Source of the DNA: Lytechinus pictus
Lineage: Eukaryota
NCBI RefSeq assembly: GCF_037042905.1
Contig: NC_087252.1
Location: 11,534,001-11,598,000, forward strand
Direction: 5' to 3'
DNA: 64,000 nt
Shown here: positions 12,207-25,799 of the stretch, one piece after another
Layout: every line of letters starts with the position of its first letter
Numbering within the stretch: position 1 is the first letter of the stretch
The notes under the pieces: generated by a model
The model's database searches: none
Told to the model about the DNA's origin: nothing
Seen by the model: the letters and a program-made list of their open reading frames with translations, nothing else
Made by a program: the position numbers and the translations under genes

Positions 12207-12690
12207 AAATCTATTTCATTATCCAAACTACTGTAAAATTGGGTAAACTCAAAAGAAATTTTTCTCCATATACCATTATGAATCATTCTCTTTAAGAATA
12301 CTTACGTTTGAATTGATTTGAGTCCATCTTAGACAAATAATAGACTTCAATAATCTCAAGATAAACACTTGTGAGATCTCATAGTCCTAATTTATTACAT
12401 ATTTTTGTTACCAATCTATTTCATTATCCAAACTACTGTAATTTATCTTAATAAACAAATATGAATTGACCCTTTTTTCAAATAAATACTTACATTTGAA
12501 GTGATTTGAGTCCATCAAAGATGATAATACACTTGGTATCATAGTGATATACATGTGCGCTTGAGCAATTCCGTAATCTTGACTCATTACATTATCAATC
12601 TATTTCAATGTCCAAACTGTAGTTCTGTAATTCGGCTAAACTAAAAGTAATTTATCTCAATAAACCATTTGAATAAAAAGAGAAATAACA
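12207..12690. repeat. Degenerate tandem copies of exon 7 3' end plus donor
   Basis: Two ~190-200 bp copies with cttac (GTAAG on minus) at 12301 and 12489, each followed by exon-like sequence. Confidence 0.88.
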
Positions 12691-12695
12691 CTCAC

Positions 12696-12882
12696 GTTTG
12701 AGGTGATTTTAGTCCACCGAAGACGATAATAGACTTGGTATCATAGTGATATACACTTGAGTGATCTCGTAGTCTGACTTCTCTTTCCAGCCCACCACGA
12801 GGAGTGATCTCTTCCCATCCCTGAAGCAGCTGAAGATCATACTTGTAGATTGTTCCTAAGAAGGTCCCGTCTTCACTGGCAC
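12696..12882 (-). CDS. MEGF8: MEGF8 exon 7 (kelch repeat)
   Basis: GASEDGTFLGTIYKYDL...WEEITPRGG...DHSSVYHYDTKSIIVFGGLKSPQT; cag|...|gtgag, phase 1/2. Confidence 0.93.
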
Positions 12883-14178
12883 CTGAAAATAAAATCACAT
12901 CATTGCAGTTAGTAGTGTTTATAATATGTTATATTTTGGATCAAAAATTTATCCTCCGGTCATTGGCTAAAAGAGCTTCACGTGATTATGTGTATTTTCA
13001 ACTATTTTGGAATGTTGGCAGCTAGGCATACTATTTGGGAAAATTACGTCATTTTTGTGACGTCATTTCCCCAAATAGTAAAACTATTTGGGGAAATGAC
13101 GTCACGGCGCCATACGCCTGATGCGCGTGATATCAAAATCACCAACATTCAGCGAGGTAAGCTCGAGTGCTTACCATGGGCGACTCTCGCACAAAGAAAA
13201 GGATGTAAATAGTGTAAAAATGTTTAGACTACAGTTTCTGCTTTGACTTTTTCGGACATTTCCATTGACTATTAAAACTTGGATTTCATTAAAATTGGAT
13301 ATTATTTAAGAAAAGAGCACAAGACCATCAGAGTGACAAGAGAGGATAAAAGGTAAGCCTTTATTCTGTTTTTTTTCCTTTTGTTTAAAATTTTTGATCC
13401 AAAATATAAAACAAATATACTCTGCCATAATTTCGAGTTTCTGGTGCCTCCAATAGTACCTCAGTGAATAGTACTATTCTGGAGTCACCTCTTGCCCATA
13501 GTTTTAACCAGAAACTCTCAAGGCAAAGTATATTTGTATACTATATAGTAGGAAACTTGCTATCGGATTGGTTATAAATCAATCATGTGATTAAGTGTAG
13601 TGTCCCCCATCAACCTTTACTCGCTGTGGTAAAAGGCTTGTGTTTCGCTGATCACTTTACCCCATGGAGTATGATGAATGGTTTAGAATATGCACATAAG
13701 AAGAGGTCATTGCCACTCAACTTTAATATTTATCCATCTTTCTCTGTCACATGCAGTGACATCACCATTGCCTTGCTTGCACAATATCTAGATACAGTTA
13801 TTCGTATAGGTAGGCCACTAGAAGTATAACTCTTCAAAAAAATAAACACACACTGCCCATCGTTTGAGCCGTTTCATTTTTTCATCAAATTAAAAGTAAT
13901 GACTGTAAGATTTCTTTGTGAAGTAGTTATCTTGCTTGGGCAAAGTTTGCATGGAGGCTAGCAGTTAAGCAAGCATTAACTCATGTGCATGCATTTTTTT
14001 CCAAATGAAAGCTTGAATTATATACCATAATTCTTTCTTGCAGAAAAGCATATTGTTTTATTTCCTATAAAAAAAATGATTTCAGAATGTACATATGCTA
14101 TCTATTAAAACACAATACATATGGGTACATCCAGCCGACCTCAAAAGAATAAAGATCCCAACAGGTTAAGATTCATAC

Positions 14179-14395
14179 CTCCTATGACAACAAGATAAGA
14201 ATATTCCACTATACAGGAGGAATGGTGCGCCAAGCCCGGAGGGACCGAATCAGTTCCAGACGGTAGTAGCTCCCAGCTGAGGGTAGCAAGGTCGAAGGAC
14301 CAGAGCTCGTTGGACCAGGATCCGTTGGTTAGGATTCCTCCAAAGACCAGAAGGTGGTTCTCATACAGCTCCATGGTATGCCGATACCGACCACT
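14179..14395 (-). CDS. MEGF8: MEGF8 exon 6 (kelch repeats)
   Basis: SGRYRHTMELYENHLLVFGGILTNGSWSNELWSFD...PPGLAHHSSCIV...VVIG; cag|...|gtatg, phase 0/1. Confidence 0.94.
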
Positions 14396-15180
14396 CTGTC
14401 AACGAGAAGTTAAAAGTTCATTCGTCAAATATCATCTTAAAATAATATGCATAACAATTATTAAATAGCATTTATGAGGCCCTAATTATCTAGTCACAAA
14501 TTCAATGGGACACTATATATTACCCCAGCTTTAGCTCCAGCTGCTCTAATGCACTTATACATGTAGGACTGAACACAAATTCTACACCATTGTGAGCATT
14601 GTGTCCACTTTTTATTTGGGGAGGGGCAGGGCTGAACACCTCTTAACCTCTTGACTTGTGTTTGGTCAAAATGCCTTTCAATTTTTAGATGACAGTTTAA
14701 ATAAAGGGGAAGGGGCAATGGAAGAATCAACTGGAATGAAATTGCTTTTAACTATCCAATACTGATTTAGATGTAACTGAATTCAAATGGGTTTGTGCAA
14801 AGACTAATATGCATCAAATCTCATTTCCCAGGTCACAAATATCAATAAAAACAAGATCTAGGCTTATTGCTTTTATTTCCGGACAAATTGCTGGTATACT
14901 TCAATAACCTGCAATAAAATATTTGCTGTTTCTTCAAAGCTGTTCATGCACTTTTTCATAATTATATGGGACAGCTGTAAAGATTCAGGTTGCAACAAAA
15001 CACATCTTGATCTTTACATTTTGTGCTATGTGATATACATGGCAATGTGATATAAGAAATTATAAACCTCACTCTGTGAATGTCAAATAATCCAGTCCTG
15101 TGATTTGTCATAAAGGATATATGGACTGCTTTGATATTCAAAGTTTCAACAATGCTGCTCAAAATAGCTAAGCAAATTCA

Positions 15181-15453
15181 GGGGCCAATCTTACAAAGTG
15201 TTGCAATTGACCCGATCAATCGCAACTATGGAAAACCAGCAAAGTCAGCATATAAAATGCATGTTTGTTGAAAAAAAATTATAGATATGAATGTATATCC
15301 ATAAATTCATTGATTTCTTGACAATTTGGTGTGTTCTCCTTTGTTTACAAAGGACATTTTGCAAATTTCCTGTAAAAAAAATTATGACACTGATGGATTT
15401 CCATAGAGTTACGATTGATTGGGTCAATCGTAACTCTTTGTAAGATGGGGCCC
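15181..15453. mobile_element. MITE family (~270 bp); opposite-orientation copies at about 18706-18967 and 29261-29536
   Basis: gggcc..tcttacaaag ... ctttgtaagatggggccc TIRs; internal sequence shared between copies. Confidence 0.8.
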
Positions 15454-15850
15454 AGATTTACTGCAATGGCAAAGCTTCCCCAATGTTGTGAAAAGTAGTC
15501 CTTGAAAATAAAAATTATATTTTGCCTGATAAACACAAAAGAATAAGTGAGGATATGACATCATCAGCTTGCTCATTGCATGTACGTGAAGACATGCATA
15601 CAGGTAGTTTGAGTGTTTCATCAACATAGGAATCACTTTAAATTGTCACAACTTTGTTTAATATACCTTGTTCAATTTCGATGAAATTTTCAGTGTTTTT
15701 TCTGTTAAAATAATTTTCTGTCTGGAGTAGTCATTTATCTTTCTCTCTTTTTCAGCTTTTTATTTCAACCACTATGATGTCAAAGTGAACTTCCTCTTTG
15801 AAGTACTCTTGTTGAAGCAACCAATGTTCCTTCTTGGTGAAACTACGTAC

Positions 15851-15945
15851 CGGTTTGACACTTCCATTTGGCGTGATCTGAGTCCACTCGTCCGTCTCAA
15901 AGCTGTACTGAATGAGATCATCTAATTGATTATTCAGATCAAAAC
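15851..15945 (-). CDS. MEGF8: MEGF8 exon 5 (kelch repeat)
   Basis: GFDLNNQLDDLIQYSFETDEWTQITPNGSVKP; cag|...|gtacg, phase 1/0. Confidence 0.92.
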
Positions 15946-17910
15946 CTGTGATAGATAGGCAAAGACAGAGAGAAGATGGATACAGAGATAGAGAGTGAAA
16001 GAGAGAGAGGGGAAGAAAAAGGGAGAGAGGGGGAGTGAGAGTGAGGGCAAGACGGAAAGAGAGAGATTTGTTTAATTTCATTTGATTTTATTTCATTGTT
16101 TCACATTCCAGAAAATATGTCGAAGTCACATATTATCATTTGACTTCAACACATAAAAACATACAAGTAATGACAAAAAGGGCCTATACACAAGAACAGA
16201 TGTAATGAGAGAGTTCAAAGAGTGTTTACTTCATCAAAATAATGAAATAAAGTGATCATAAGTGTAGCCACAAGTATTCCAAAGTGGTTGTGGTTTTTAA
16301 TACCACTGACATAAAACTATTTATAACAACTACTATGTTTAACCACGGTACTTCTATAGACTCCATGTACATGTAGCTCCATACTAAATAAAACCTCAAT
16401 ATAAAATCCATTGAAAAACAAACATTTCAGGGAACATTATTGATTACAATTGGCATTTTCATTGTAGTTTGTAAACATTAATGGTTTATTGCTGAAGATC
16501 ATCTGTATATTGTTTGTGTTTGACGCATGAACATTGCCTCCAATAGCAGACCATATCAATTATGATGATATCAATAAATGTGCATGACGAGGCCCTTCAC
16601 ATTGTAACACACACTGAATATGTTATTGATGCACACAGAGGTAGCTTTGCTTTATAGAAGCATTTTTTTATCAGAAAAAAATTGTTAGCCAGGCAAGAGG
16701 TGGTTCGCATCTGACCGACACAGTCCTACAAAACCCTGGTGGGATAGGATACAGAGATTTGGGCCGGCCCAAATCCAAGGTCATGTGTTCGTGCGCAGCT
16801 CTATTAACAAAATGTAGAAACATTGACAGGCCCAAATATCTACATGTATCTATGACGGTGAGAAACTTTTGTCTGAACCCTATTAATGCAAAAGACTTGC
16901 ATCCCCACTTTTCCATAATTTCTAAATATTCAAATTCTAGGGGCTTTGGTGTTCAATAAAAACATTAAATTCTGTATTCCTTTATGTCATGTACTGACAT
17001 GTACAAAACATGATAAAGTAATTATAAACATCAAGAAATACAGAAAATAATGTTTTTATAATTATAATAATACTGTAACGTTTTACCCAGGGTAGCCACT
17101 TCAGTTCCAAAAACTGTTCTCCCAGCGGGCCCTGCTTAACAATAACATATGATAATGTTGTTATTACGCTGTACCCTGTGTAATAAACACCAAAGAACCT
17201 AGAATTTTAATTATAGAATTTATGGAAAACTGGGGACGCAAGTCTTTGTGGATAAGCCTGTTGACCAAACACTGCCTCAAGTTTTGGTAACCATGTACAT
17301 GTACATGTATGTATTTCCACTGAAGAACTGCTTCATTGTTTTAAGAAATTTTATGATTTTCACAGTATTGTCATTTTTTGGTCCATGAAAATTTACATAA
17401 ATTTGGGATTCTCCCTGAATTCTGTAATAGATATTTCTCTTATCGGCATCACAGAAAACTGGGGACTTGTCTTTGGTAGATTTGGGCCAGCAAAAATCTG
17501 TAGATTGATAGGAAAGGGCTAGAGATATATGAGTTTTATGAACCCTTCGCTGTACAGGTGAAATGGCTTTGGTTTAAAAATAATCTTTAATTTCACACAA
17601 AATTTGATTATACATGTACTACCAGACATCTGAAAAGGCTTTGCACATCTTCAAAAGCAGGCCTGGCCCTGAAAATGATTACCATCTTTCTCTCTCCAAT
17701 CAAGCATGAACCGAGACATGTACAAAGTAAGGTCGGCTTTGACGCAGACGTAGAGAAGAAAGAGACGGTGAAAATCAATAGCGCCTGTGCCAAGGAGCAT
17801 TTCAAATACAACTACAATCATCTTCTAGTTCACTCAGTATCGGATTTAGCCAAATTAATGCAGGGGCACAATGGAGAGAAGAAAGGGGGGAATATGATCA
17901 TTGAGAGAGA

Positions 17911-18341
17911 GACACACGGTTCTCACTACCTTCCTAAAACTAGTTTACTGGAAACTAGTTTAACGTGTAGTGAGAACGGTCGAAGCGTTCTTCCAAACCG
18001 GTTCAGAAAACCACCTTGCGATGTAGTTTTCAAGATCACTTTGCCTCGTTAAACTAGTTTTAGCGGAAGTGAGGACACAACTGTTCTTTGGGAAGCGATC
18101 TTCGCACATTTTGAGCGCGCTACTCCAAACGAAAAGTGTAGAATGCCTACACTGCAGTTTTAAATTCCACGCGAAACGTGTCACCCCACTGAGAGTATTT
18201 CCATAGCAACAAGATCGCTTTATGTGAAATGATTTTGAAAACCACTTTCGTGTTATCAAGTGGGAACGCTAGCAAAGCGATCTTCCAAACTGGTTTCCTG
18301 AACCAGTTAACTAGTTTTAGAAAACGTAATGAGAACGGCCT
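17911..18341. mobile_element. MITE, copy A (inverted partner at 30730-31209)
   Basis: TIR-like ends gttctcactac.../...gtaatgagaac; body is the reverse complement of 30730-31209. Confidence 0.8.
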
Positions 18342-20181
18342 CAGAGACTAGATTAAATACTCAAAACATGTAAACTCGTTTAAGTACTGTAAAAGCCTGT
18401 TGATTTTTCAGTTTTGGGATGTGGGGATCAGAGGAGCAAATATGAGGAAAAACAGTTTTGCATTCAATAATAGGTCCATAAAATGTTTATCAGTTTGTAG
18501 ATTGTCCCCATTTTGGAGTGCAGTGCTTGCACATTATGTAAATTGCATCATTCTCCTTTTTGTTTGCTATTGCGATTCAAATGGTGGAGGAAGTTACTGT
18601 AATGAGTCTAATTTGTTTGCACAAGTTTACATGTATGAGGTGTAATTCCAAGATGTACATGTAGGCCCATACATATACATGTATTGTACCAATAAAAGCC
18701 AGACCAGGGCCCCATCTTACAAAGATAACGATTGAAAGCTACATGGAAATCCAAAAATGTCATAATTTTGACATTTGCATGATGTCTTTGGAAACAAAGA
18801 GAAGCACACTGAATTTTCAAGAAAACAATGTATGTATGTTATACATCACATCTAGAATATATTTTTACCAAACATGCATTTTAGATGTTGATGTTGCTGG
18901 CTTTCTATTTTGGTGGTTGATTGGACCAATCCTAAATATAACTACCCGGTATTTGTAAGACGGGGCCAAGCAACTGAGTACAAATTTGGAATTGATTTCA
19001 ATAATTATTGAAGAATGATTTTGGAACCCACAATTGCCTTGATTGAATGCAAGTTCCTTGCAACACTCGACTCGTTCTCATGTGAGAAGCCAATGTGGGG
19101 ATCTGATGTATAAAATGTGTGGTTTCCTCAACTACAGGATATGGCCAGGTTCAATATATTTTAACTCCATACTTGTGATAAAAATGTGAAGGACAACATA
19201 CATGAATATCATTTAAAAGGTTAAAGAGTCGGGAAGAAAAGCAAAATTTATTTGCCTGTATTTTGAAGTCTGGTGTAACTTTAAATAGACCATGGCCTTA
19301 CTACATGGGAAGCCCAAAAAGGTCAAAAGTTGTATCCTTATAACATTGTTTGTTTCTACATGTATGGCCCATATTCTGAAGTCGGGTTTAACTTAGACCA
19401 TGGTCTAACTCTGCTAAAATTATGGAAAGCCTAAAGTGTCAACATTTTCATTATATAGTGTATTTCTTATTTTTACTGTGCTCTTTCCTGATTCTTTGAA
19501 GATGAAGACAATTATCTTATTTTATTATACTTCTTAGACAATGGGGGATGATTTGAGAGTCAAATGAGCTGAAATATTATACATCTACTGTTAGTGATTT
19601 ACATGTATTATACAATTGGCTATCCATACTTAAACCACAACTTTAAACCCGAGTTTAAATTAAACCCAACCTTAAAATACGGGCCTTTATGTTTACTTTG
19701 CTCTTCCCCCATGCACTATTATAAAATGGTGAAGAAAAAATGTTAGTTATAATTTTTTTTTACATTTATGAAAAATTTGTGTGTCAAATACACTGATAAA
19801 TATAACTCGTAAGTAGAGATTGGTGTCGCATTTGACTATCCACAGTTAAACCACAGCTTTAGACCAGGGTTTAAATTAAACTATAGTATGGGCCATTGGA
19901 AATACTGTACAGTGTATGCGTACGTGCATTTCAAGTTCCTCTATCCCTGAAATAAACTACCGGTATTAAAAAAATTAAAAGCCTTGCTCTCAATAGCAAA
20001 AACAACTTGAACACATCCATTTCAATAGCCACTTAAACAAGGTAATGGGTATAATGTATTATTAAAGTCTATGGTTCAATTAGCTTTTAAGTGTAAATTA
20101 ACGCAGTGCTGTCGCGCACGCATTGTTGTATGTTGATCATATCCTGTCATAGCAGTAAACAGAGTATACACACTGTACATA

Positions 20182-20980
20182 TAGGGACAGTGATTTTCCG
20201 CGATCGCGGAAAACGGACGGAATTCACGGAAAGGGCCTTTTGAAACGGAAAGTGGCATTTCAAACGGAAAATCACGGAAAATGTATTTTCCCTCAAAAAA
20301 CACAGAATAGCAACAGAAATTACTCCAAAATCACAACAAAATGAGAATATTAAATCGCCACAAAACCCCAGAAAACACGATCTCACTTCGCTACTATCAT
20401 GACAATTCACACATCGTGACTGCACTCGACATCAGCACACTCGATTGTACCCCGCACCCGGCCGGCCGGGTTGCGCTTGGGCTTCACATGCACACATATA
20501 TCGTTCAGCTACACGGTCGTGTGTTGCTGCCCTCTACGTTTGAAGATGTAACAGCACGATATCGTGGTCTTAAAATCCAAGATGGCGGATTGGCAAAAGC
20601 CGTTGACTGATGATAACGATGTCCAAAATAACCCAAAATTATCGATGAAATATCATTTCACCGTGAAATAATGCTAATAATGTGAAAGGTGAGGATGTAT
20701 GCATGCTATGTGGGTTCGTAAAAATATTTTGTGCACCCGCATAGATCCGATTAGAACCTATTCTATTGTGTTGTTGGTACAATAGCAGATACAAATTTTG
20801 ACCAGTGCGAGTGTACGTGTTGTGATTTTGCTATTCAATGTGTAAACGGAATTGTCACTTTTCCATGTGTACAAAGTCTATGGGGAAACGGAATTTCCGT
20901 TTTCTGACATGCTGAAACGGAATTTGAGATTTTCTGAAACGGAAAAGGTAATTTTTTTAAACGGAAAATCACTGTCCCTA
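20182..20980. mobile_element. ~800 bp non-autonomous DNA transposon, TAGGG termini, 6-bp TSD (copy B)
   Basis: Perfect TIR tagggacagtgattttccg/cggaaaatcactgtcccta; TSD tacata/tacata. Confidence 0.9.
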
Positions 20981-22324
20981 TACATAGATAGATTACATGC
21001 CCTTATTTTGAGCCTGTTCACTTTAGAAACGAAAGAGCAATCAACTAAAGTAATCAGTAGCGACACGTTTTATTGTTTTCACCGACGTCTACACAGCAAA
21101 AGTCTGTTTAATATTACATGTAGCTTTGGCATCACCCTGCATGCTTCAAAATCTAGACTTTATTAATACAATTCATTTATTGGTTAAAATGGTTGTTTGC
21201 CATTACAGAGGTACAGTAAAAAGAAAAAAGAGAATGGGCAGTCAGTCTTTTTTTTTCTCGCCATGTCTTGGATGACGTTTTACCATGCCCCATCAACCAG
21301 TAAAAGAAGGTAGGCCAATCAAAGAAAAGAAGGGTCGGTCAGCATATTTTTGGGGGGGAGGGGAGGCAAATTAGAATAAAAACATTAAAATTTGGCAGAT
21401 ACCCTGTATGACAAGGGTCTGTCGTGGTATACCGCAAACAGACATTTGTTTATTTGGGGGGGGGGGTTGCCCTGATACTTCTTGTAGATTATATGGTTGT
21501 TTTATGCCCCAAACAGTTAGGATGTGGAGGACATGAAATTAAAATGTGTTTTCAGAATAAATTTTGTTATTTCACACAATGCCAACAGTGGAGAATAGGA
21601 GAGAGAAAGAGAGAAGGAAGAGAAACAGAAGTTCAAATATTAATGATCACGAACAGCCTAAAGCCAATCTCATTTCCTGTATATTTCATACTGCTTGGGA
21701 AGTAATTAGCAGATGATTGAAAACAGACAATATGAAATTGAAATCATTTTCTCCATCTCATTTTTACATTACAAGGGAAAGATGAATCCCACAAAATTCT
21801 GCTTTCTACCAGCTTTCATAATTTCACATAAACATTTTTTTTACCATTCTTATTTGTTGTGAATGTTGTTTTGAATGTTGCATGACAATTTTATTCATCT
21901 AAAAGGGAGAATGAAGTATGTTTTTTTTTCAATGTGTATCGATTTTCCAACAGAAAAATAATGCATTTAATCGTAGAATAATTTTATTTGATAAAAAGAA
22001 CATTCAAATTCAGTTATTATATGAACATTAAATAGAATTGTGAGGTTTTTTTTGTGGGGGGCTACAAGATAATCAGTAAGCCTGATAATCTCACAGTCAA
22101 GTGTATTGTATTTAAATACTTTACTGTGTCTGATTCAATACCATTTGAAGGAAGTACATTAGTTCAGCTCCAAGCCATTAGGATCCACTTGTTTTCCCTC
22201 TAGATCTCTAATCTGATACATACATCTCTGCTGAATTCAATACTGTGCAGGAGATAATATCTCATTAAACGCTGTATCAGATTTCAATAGTCTAAACAAT
22301 CCAATGATGTTTTGCATTGTAATG

Positions 22325-23080
22325 TACATGTACCTGTCCTCACTAGACCTTTCTTTATTATCAAACTTTGATCTGATTTCAGGTGTTAGAAATAAAATGA
22401 TCAAACCTGTTAATAAAAAAACATTCAAGGGTAATTGAAAAGGAGGCCAGTGGAAACATGTGGCCTCAATATACAGGTTCTTTTATATTGCTTTCAAATG
22501 GAAGGCTATTTTGGTAGCCACTGAAGACAGGTTTTCAAATAGACAGGTGGCCGCTATTCCCCCTAATGGACCTGTTCTCACTTGACTGTTCTTTGTCCAA
22601 ACTTTGATCTGATTTCAAGCGTGTAAACAATCAAATGAATTTATGAAACCATAATTTTTTCTCATGAATTGCATACAGGTGTACTTGTTTTGTAATGGGC
22701 CTGTTCTCACTAGCCCATTTGTTATCCAAACTTTAATCGCATTTCAAGTGTACAGTGTATAAATGATCAAATGCAACCATTTCTCTCTTGTACATGTGTA
22801 CATGTACATGTACTCGCTGCAAAATGGACCTGTTCTCACTCGCATGTTCTGTAGCAAAAAATAATCTCATTTCAGGAATATAAACAATCAAATGAAACCA
22901 TGGTTTCTCTCTTGTATTGGATCTGTAGCCTACATGTACATGTATTTGATGTGGACCTGTTCTCACTAACATGTTCTTTAGCCATAATTTAATCTGATTT
23001 CAGGACTTGTTTTGCACTGGACCTGTTCTCATTAGCCTTTTCTTTTCCTTCTAATCACCGAGCCAAACTTTGATCCAGTA
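22325..23080. repeat. Degenerate tandem repeat array (about 6 units)
   Basis: Recurrent ggacctgttctcact...aactttgatctgatttcag units. Confidence 0.8.
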
Positions 23081-24054
23081 GGTGTACAGTAACAGTGAGA
23101 ATGAAGAATATACTGAGAAGAATGAATGGGATGCATTTTTAATTTGTTGGGTCTTCAATACTTGATTTTATTCACATCATCATATTGCTGGGGTGGGCCT
23201 GCATAGCATTTACATTGTACCTTTGCGAAGCAAAGACCAATGGAACTAGAAAATACAAGGAAACGTTTTTTTAATACTTTTTTTGTGTGAATGACCATCA
23301 TCTTCATAACAGTTTCAGAGAAAATACAAATAAAGGTGTTTGAGGCCTATGCAGTTCTTGATGCTGTTATTACCCTACTGAAAAGGCTCATTTATAAATT
23401 CACCAATGTGAGTAATAACGATCCCTCGGGCTTTGAGCAAGGCTCAACACAATCATAACAAGAACCTGAGCGATTCAATTAGCATTATGCTTTGAGATAT
23501 ATTGAGGCAATCTACTTCATAGGACACTGGGCATGTATGTAGTGCAATGGCAATGACAAACAGAGATGATGTAGATCTGTACTTGTACATGAACATGACT
23601 TGCTTGTAAACTTGGATAAAACGTTGAGGTAAAAATGAAACTTTTAAAGCATTTAGGCTGTAATTGAAATTTAAGAATTAGTGGAAACATTCAGATTTTG
23701 GGAAATAATGGCAACGTTGGCACATTCTGAAAAAAAAAATCTCAATTCCCGAAGTGAACTCTTTCTCTCGATGCAAAAAAAGGTTGTCATCCAGGTGTGG
23801 ATTGTGGATCCAGAAATTCTGAAGGGGGTGTATTTTTCCCAAATATTTGACAAGTCCCCCCCCCCCCCCCGGTCATCATTACAAAATGATGGGCATCTGG
23901 TCTCCACGAAAAAATGAAAGGCAAAAAAAAAAGGAAGAGAAAAATGTAATCACACCAAAAAAAAAGGCATTTTGGGTTTGTCTCTCTAGAATCTCTCTTG
24001 TTGGCTTGCAATTTTGAGCCCTCATCTTCAGTCAACACCCCCTCCCCGGATCCA

Positions 24055-24465
24055 TGCCTGCCATTTGAAATTGAGCTTTAATAAGCTGTCCTCATTTCTG
24101 TGTTGTTATACTTATACAACAGCCCAATGACATACATGTACAAGCTTTTACATAAGTATGCATTAGCCCATCTTGACAATCACAATGTAAATGTAGGCCT
24201 AATAGTGATGCAGGAGAGTTTATTTGAAGCTATCAATTATCCGTGCCTGCCATTTAAAATTGAGCTTCAATAGCTGTCCTCATTAGTATGTTGTTGTTTT
24301 TTGTGTGATACAACAGCCCAATGACATACATGTATCAAGTGTTTTTTTTTATGTACATGTACATGCATTAGCCCATCGTGACAATCACAATGTACGTAAA
24401 TGTAGGCCTAATAGTGATGCATAAATGCTATTCAAGGAGAGTTTATTTGAAGCTATCAATTATCG
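24055..24465. repeat. Tandem duplication of a ~190-220 bp unit
   Basis: tgcctgccattt...gaagctatcaattatc occurs twice in tandem. Confidence 0.85.
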
Positions 24466-25799
24466 TTAGATGGTACAGGTAGCTGATGAAGGTAGCCTGT
24501 TACACTATAAAATGTACCGTAATACTGGTCGTGAAGTGAGCTTGAATATGAACTTCGTATGACCTCTCATCCTGCTTTCTATTTGTATCATAGAAAATAC
24601 AATGTAAGCTTCTTTTTTTTCTTAAATTCTCTTCTACTCAATTAACAGTTAAATTTGATCATGAAATTCTTTATTAAAGTTCAGTTTCAGTATAGTAGGC
24701 TTCATTAAAAAGGTGTCAGTTTCATATTTATGCTACATGTACATTGCATTCAAGAGCAAAACACAGATACATACCAGTATGTAATACAACGATCTACTTT
24801 GTAGTTTAGTGCGCATTCAGATACATGTAAATGATATTAAGTATTATAGGATGTCAATAACTTCATTTGGCATTAATTTCCCTGTAATACATGATCACAT
24901 GTAAAATAAATCATTTCCCTGAAATGAAAGTACAAAGTGTAGAAGAAAGATCAAAAGTTAAAAGCCTGTGTCTTTGTTATTAGGATCATTAGTGTTTTAT
25001 TATACCGGTACTCAAGTATCATCTGAGCTGACATTCAAATCTTAATTACTTGGCCATTAATTTTTTTCTAACAGATAATTCTTTGTTATGAAAATTAGAT
25101 TTTGAATTTCTTTTATAGATGTATTGCCATTTTTTCTTTTTTTTTCAATTTTTCTTTGAAAAAAATTAAAATTCAAGCAGCTATTCTTTTCTAGTGATTG
25201 CCTATCAGAAAGCTACAGACAAAGCTCCTGAAATGTTCAACCCATCTCTATGCTGGAGAAGTGGTTTATACAGTGTGTCCTACAAAAAAGGAAACCTGTT
25301 TTCAGAGGTACAGTATATTTTACAATTAATAATTATGTTTTTATTATCTATACATTTGACATTTACATGTACATGTATGGTAAGAGTGGAATCTCATCTT
25401 TAATCTGAGACCAACAGCTTACCAAATTGTTCACGCATCATGGCACATTACAACCACTAAATTGTACTTGCCCAGAAACTCACGTATGAACATGAATCCA
25501 CTCTCATTTCAGAGATCAGTGAGAGAAATCTGACATTCCCACATCTGTAATTATTTGGCCATTTAATCTTTTTTCAACAATCGATTCTTTGTGAAAATTG
25601 CAATTTGGATTTTCTAGATGTATTGCCATTTTTATGCATTTTTTGCAATTTTCCTTCGAAAAAAAAAGGTAAAATTTGAGCAGCTAAATCTACCTTTAAA
25701 ATGATAGTGATTGAATATCAGAAAGTTACAGAAAATAATCCTGAATGCTCAACAAATTCTATTCTGGAGAAGAGGGTTTAAATACTGTACATTATACAG

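Noticed and set aside
10678..12690. Echo copies as mutually exclusive alternative exons
   Set aside because: The copies lack the exon 5' part and acceptor and contain indels or stops, so they are not intact duplicated exons.
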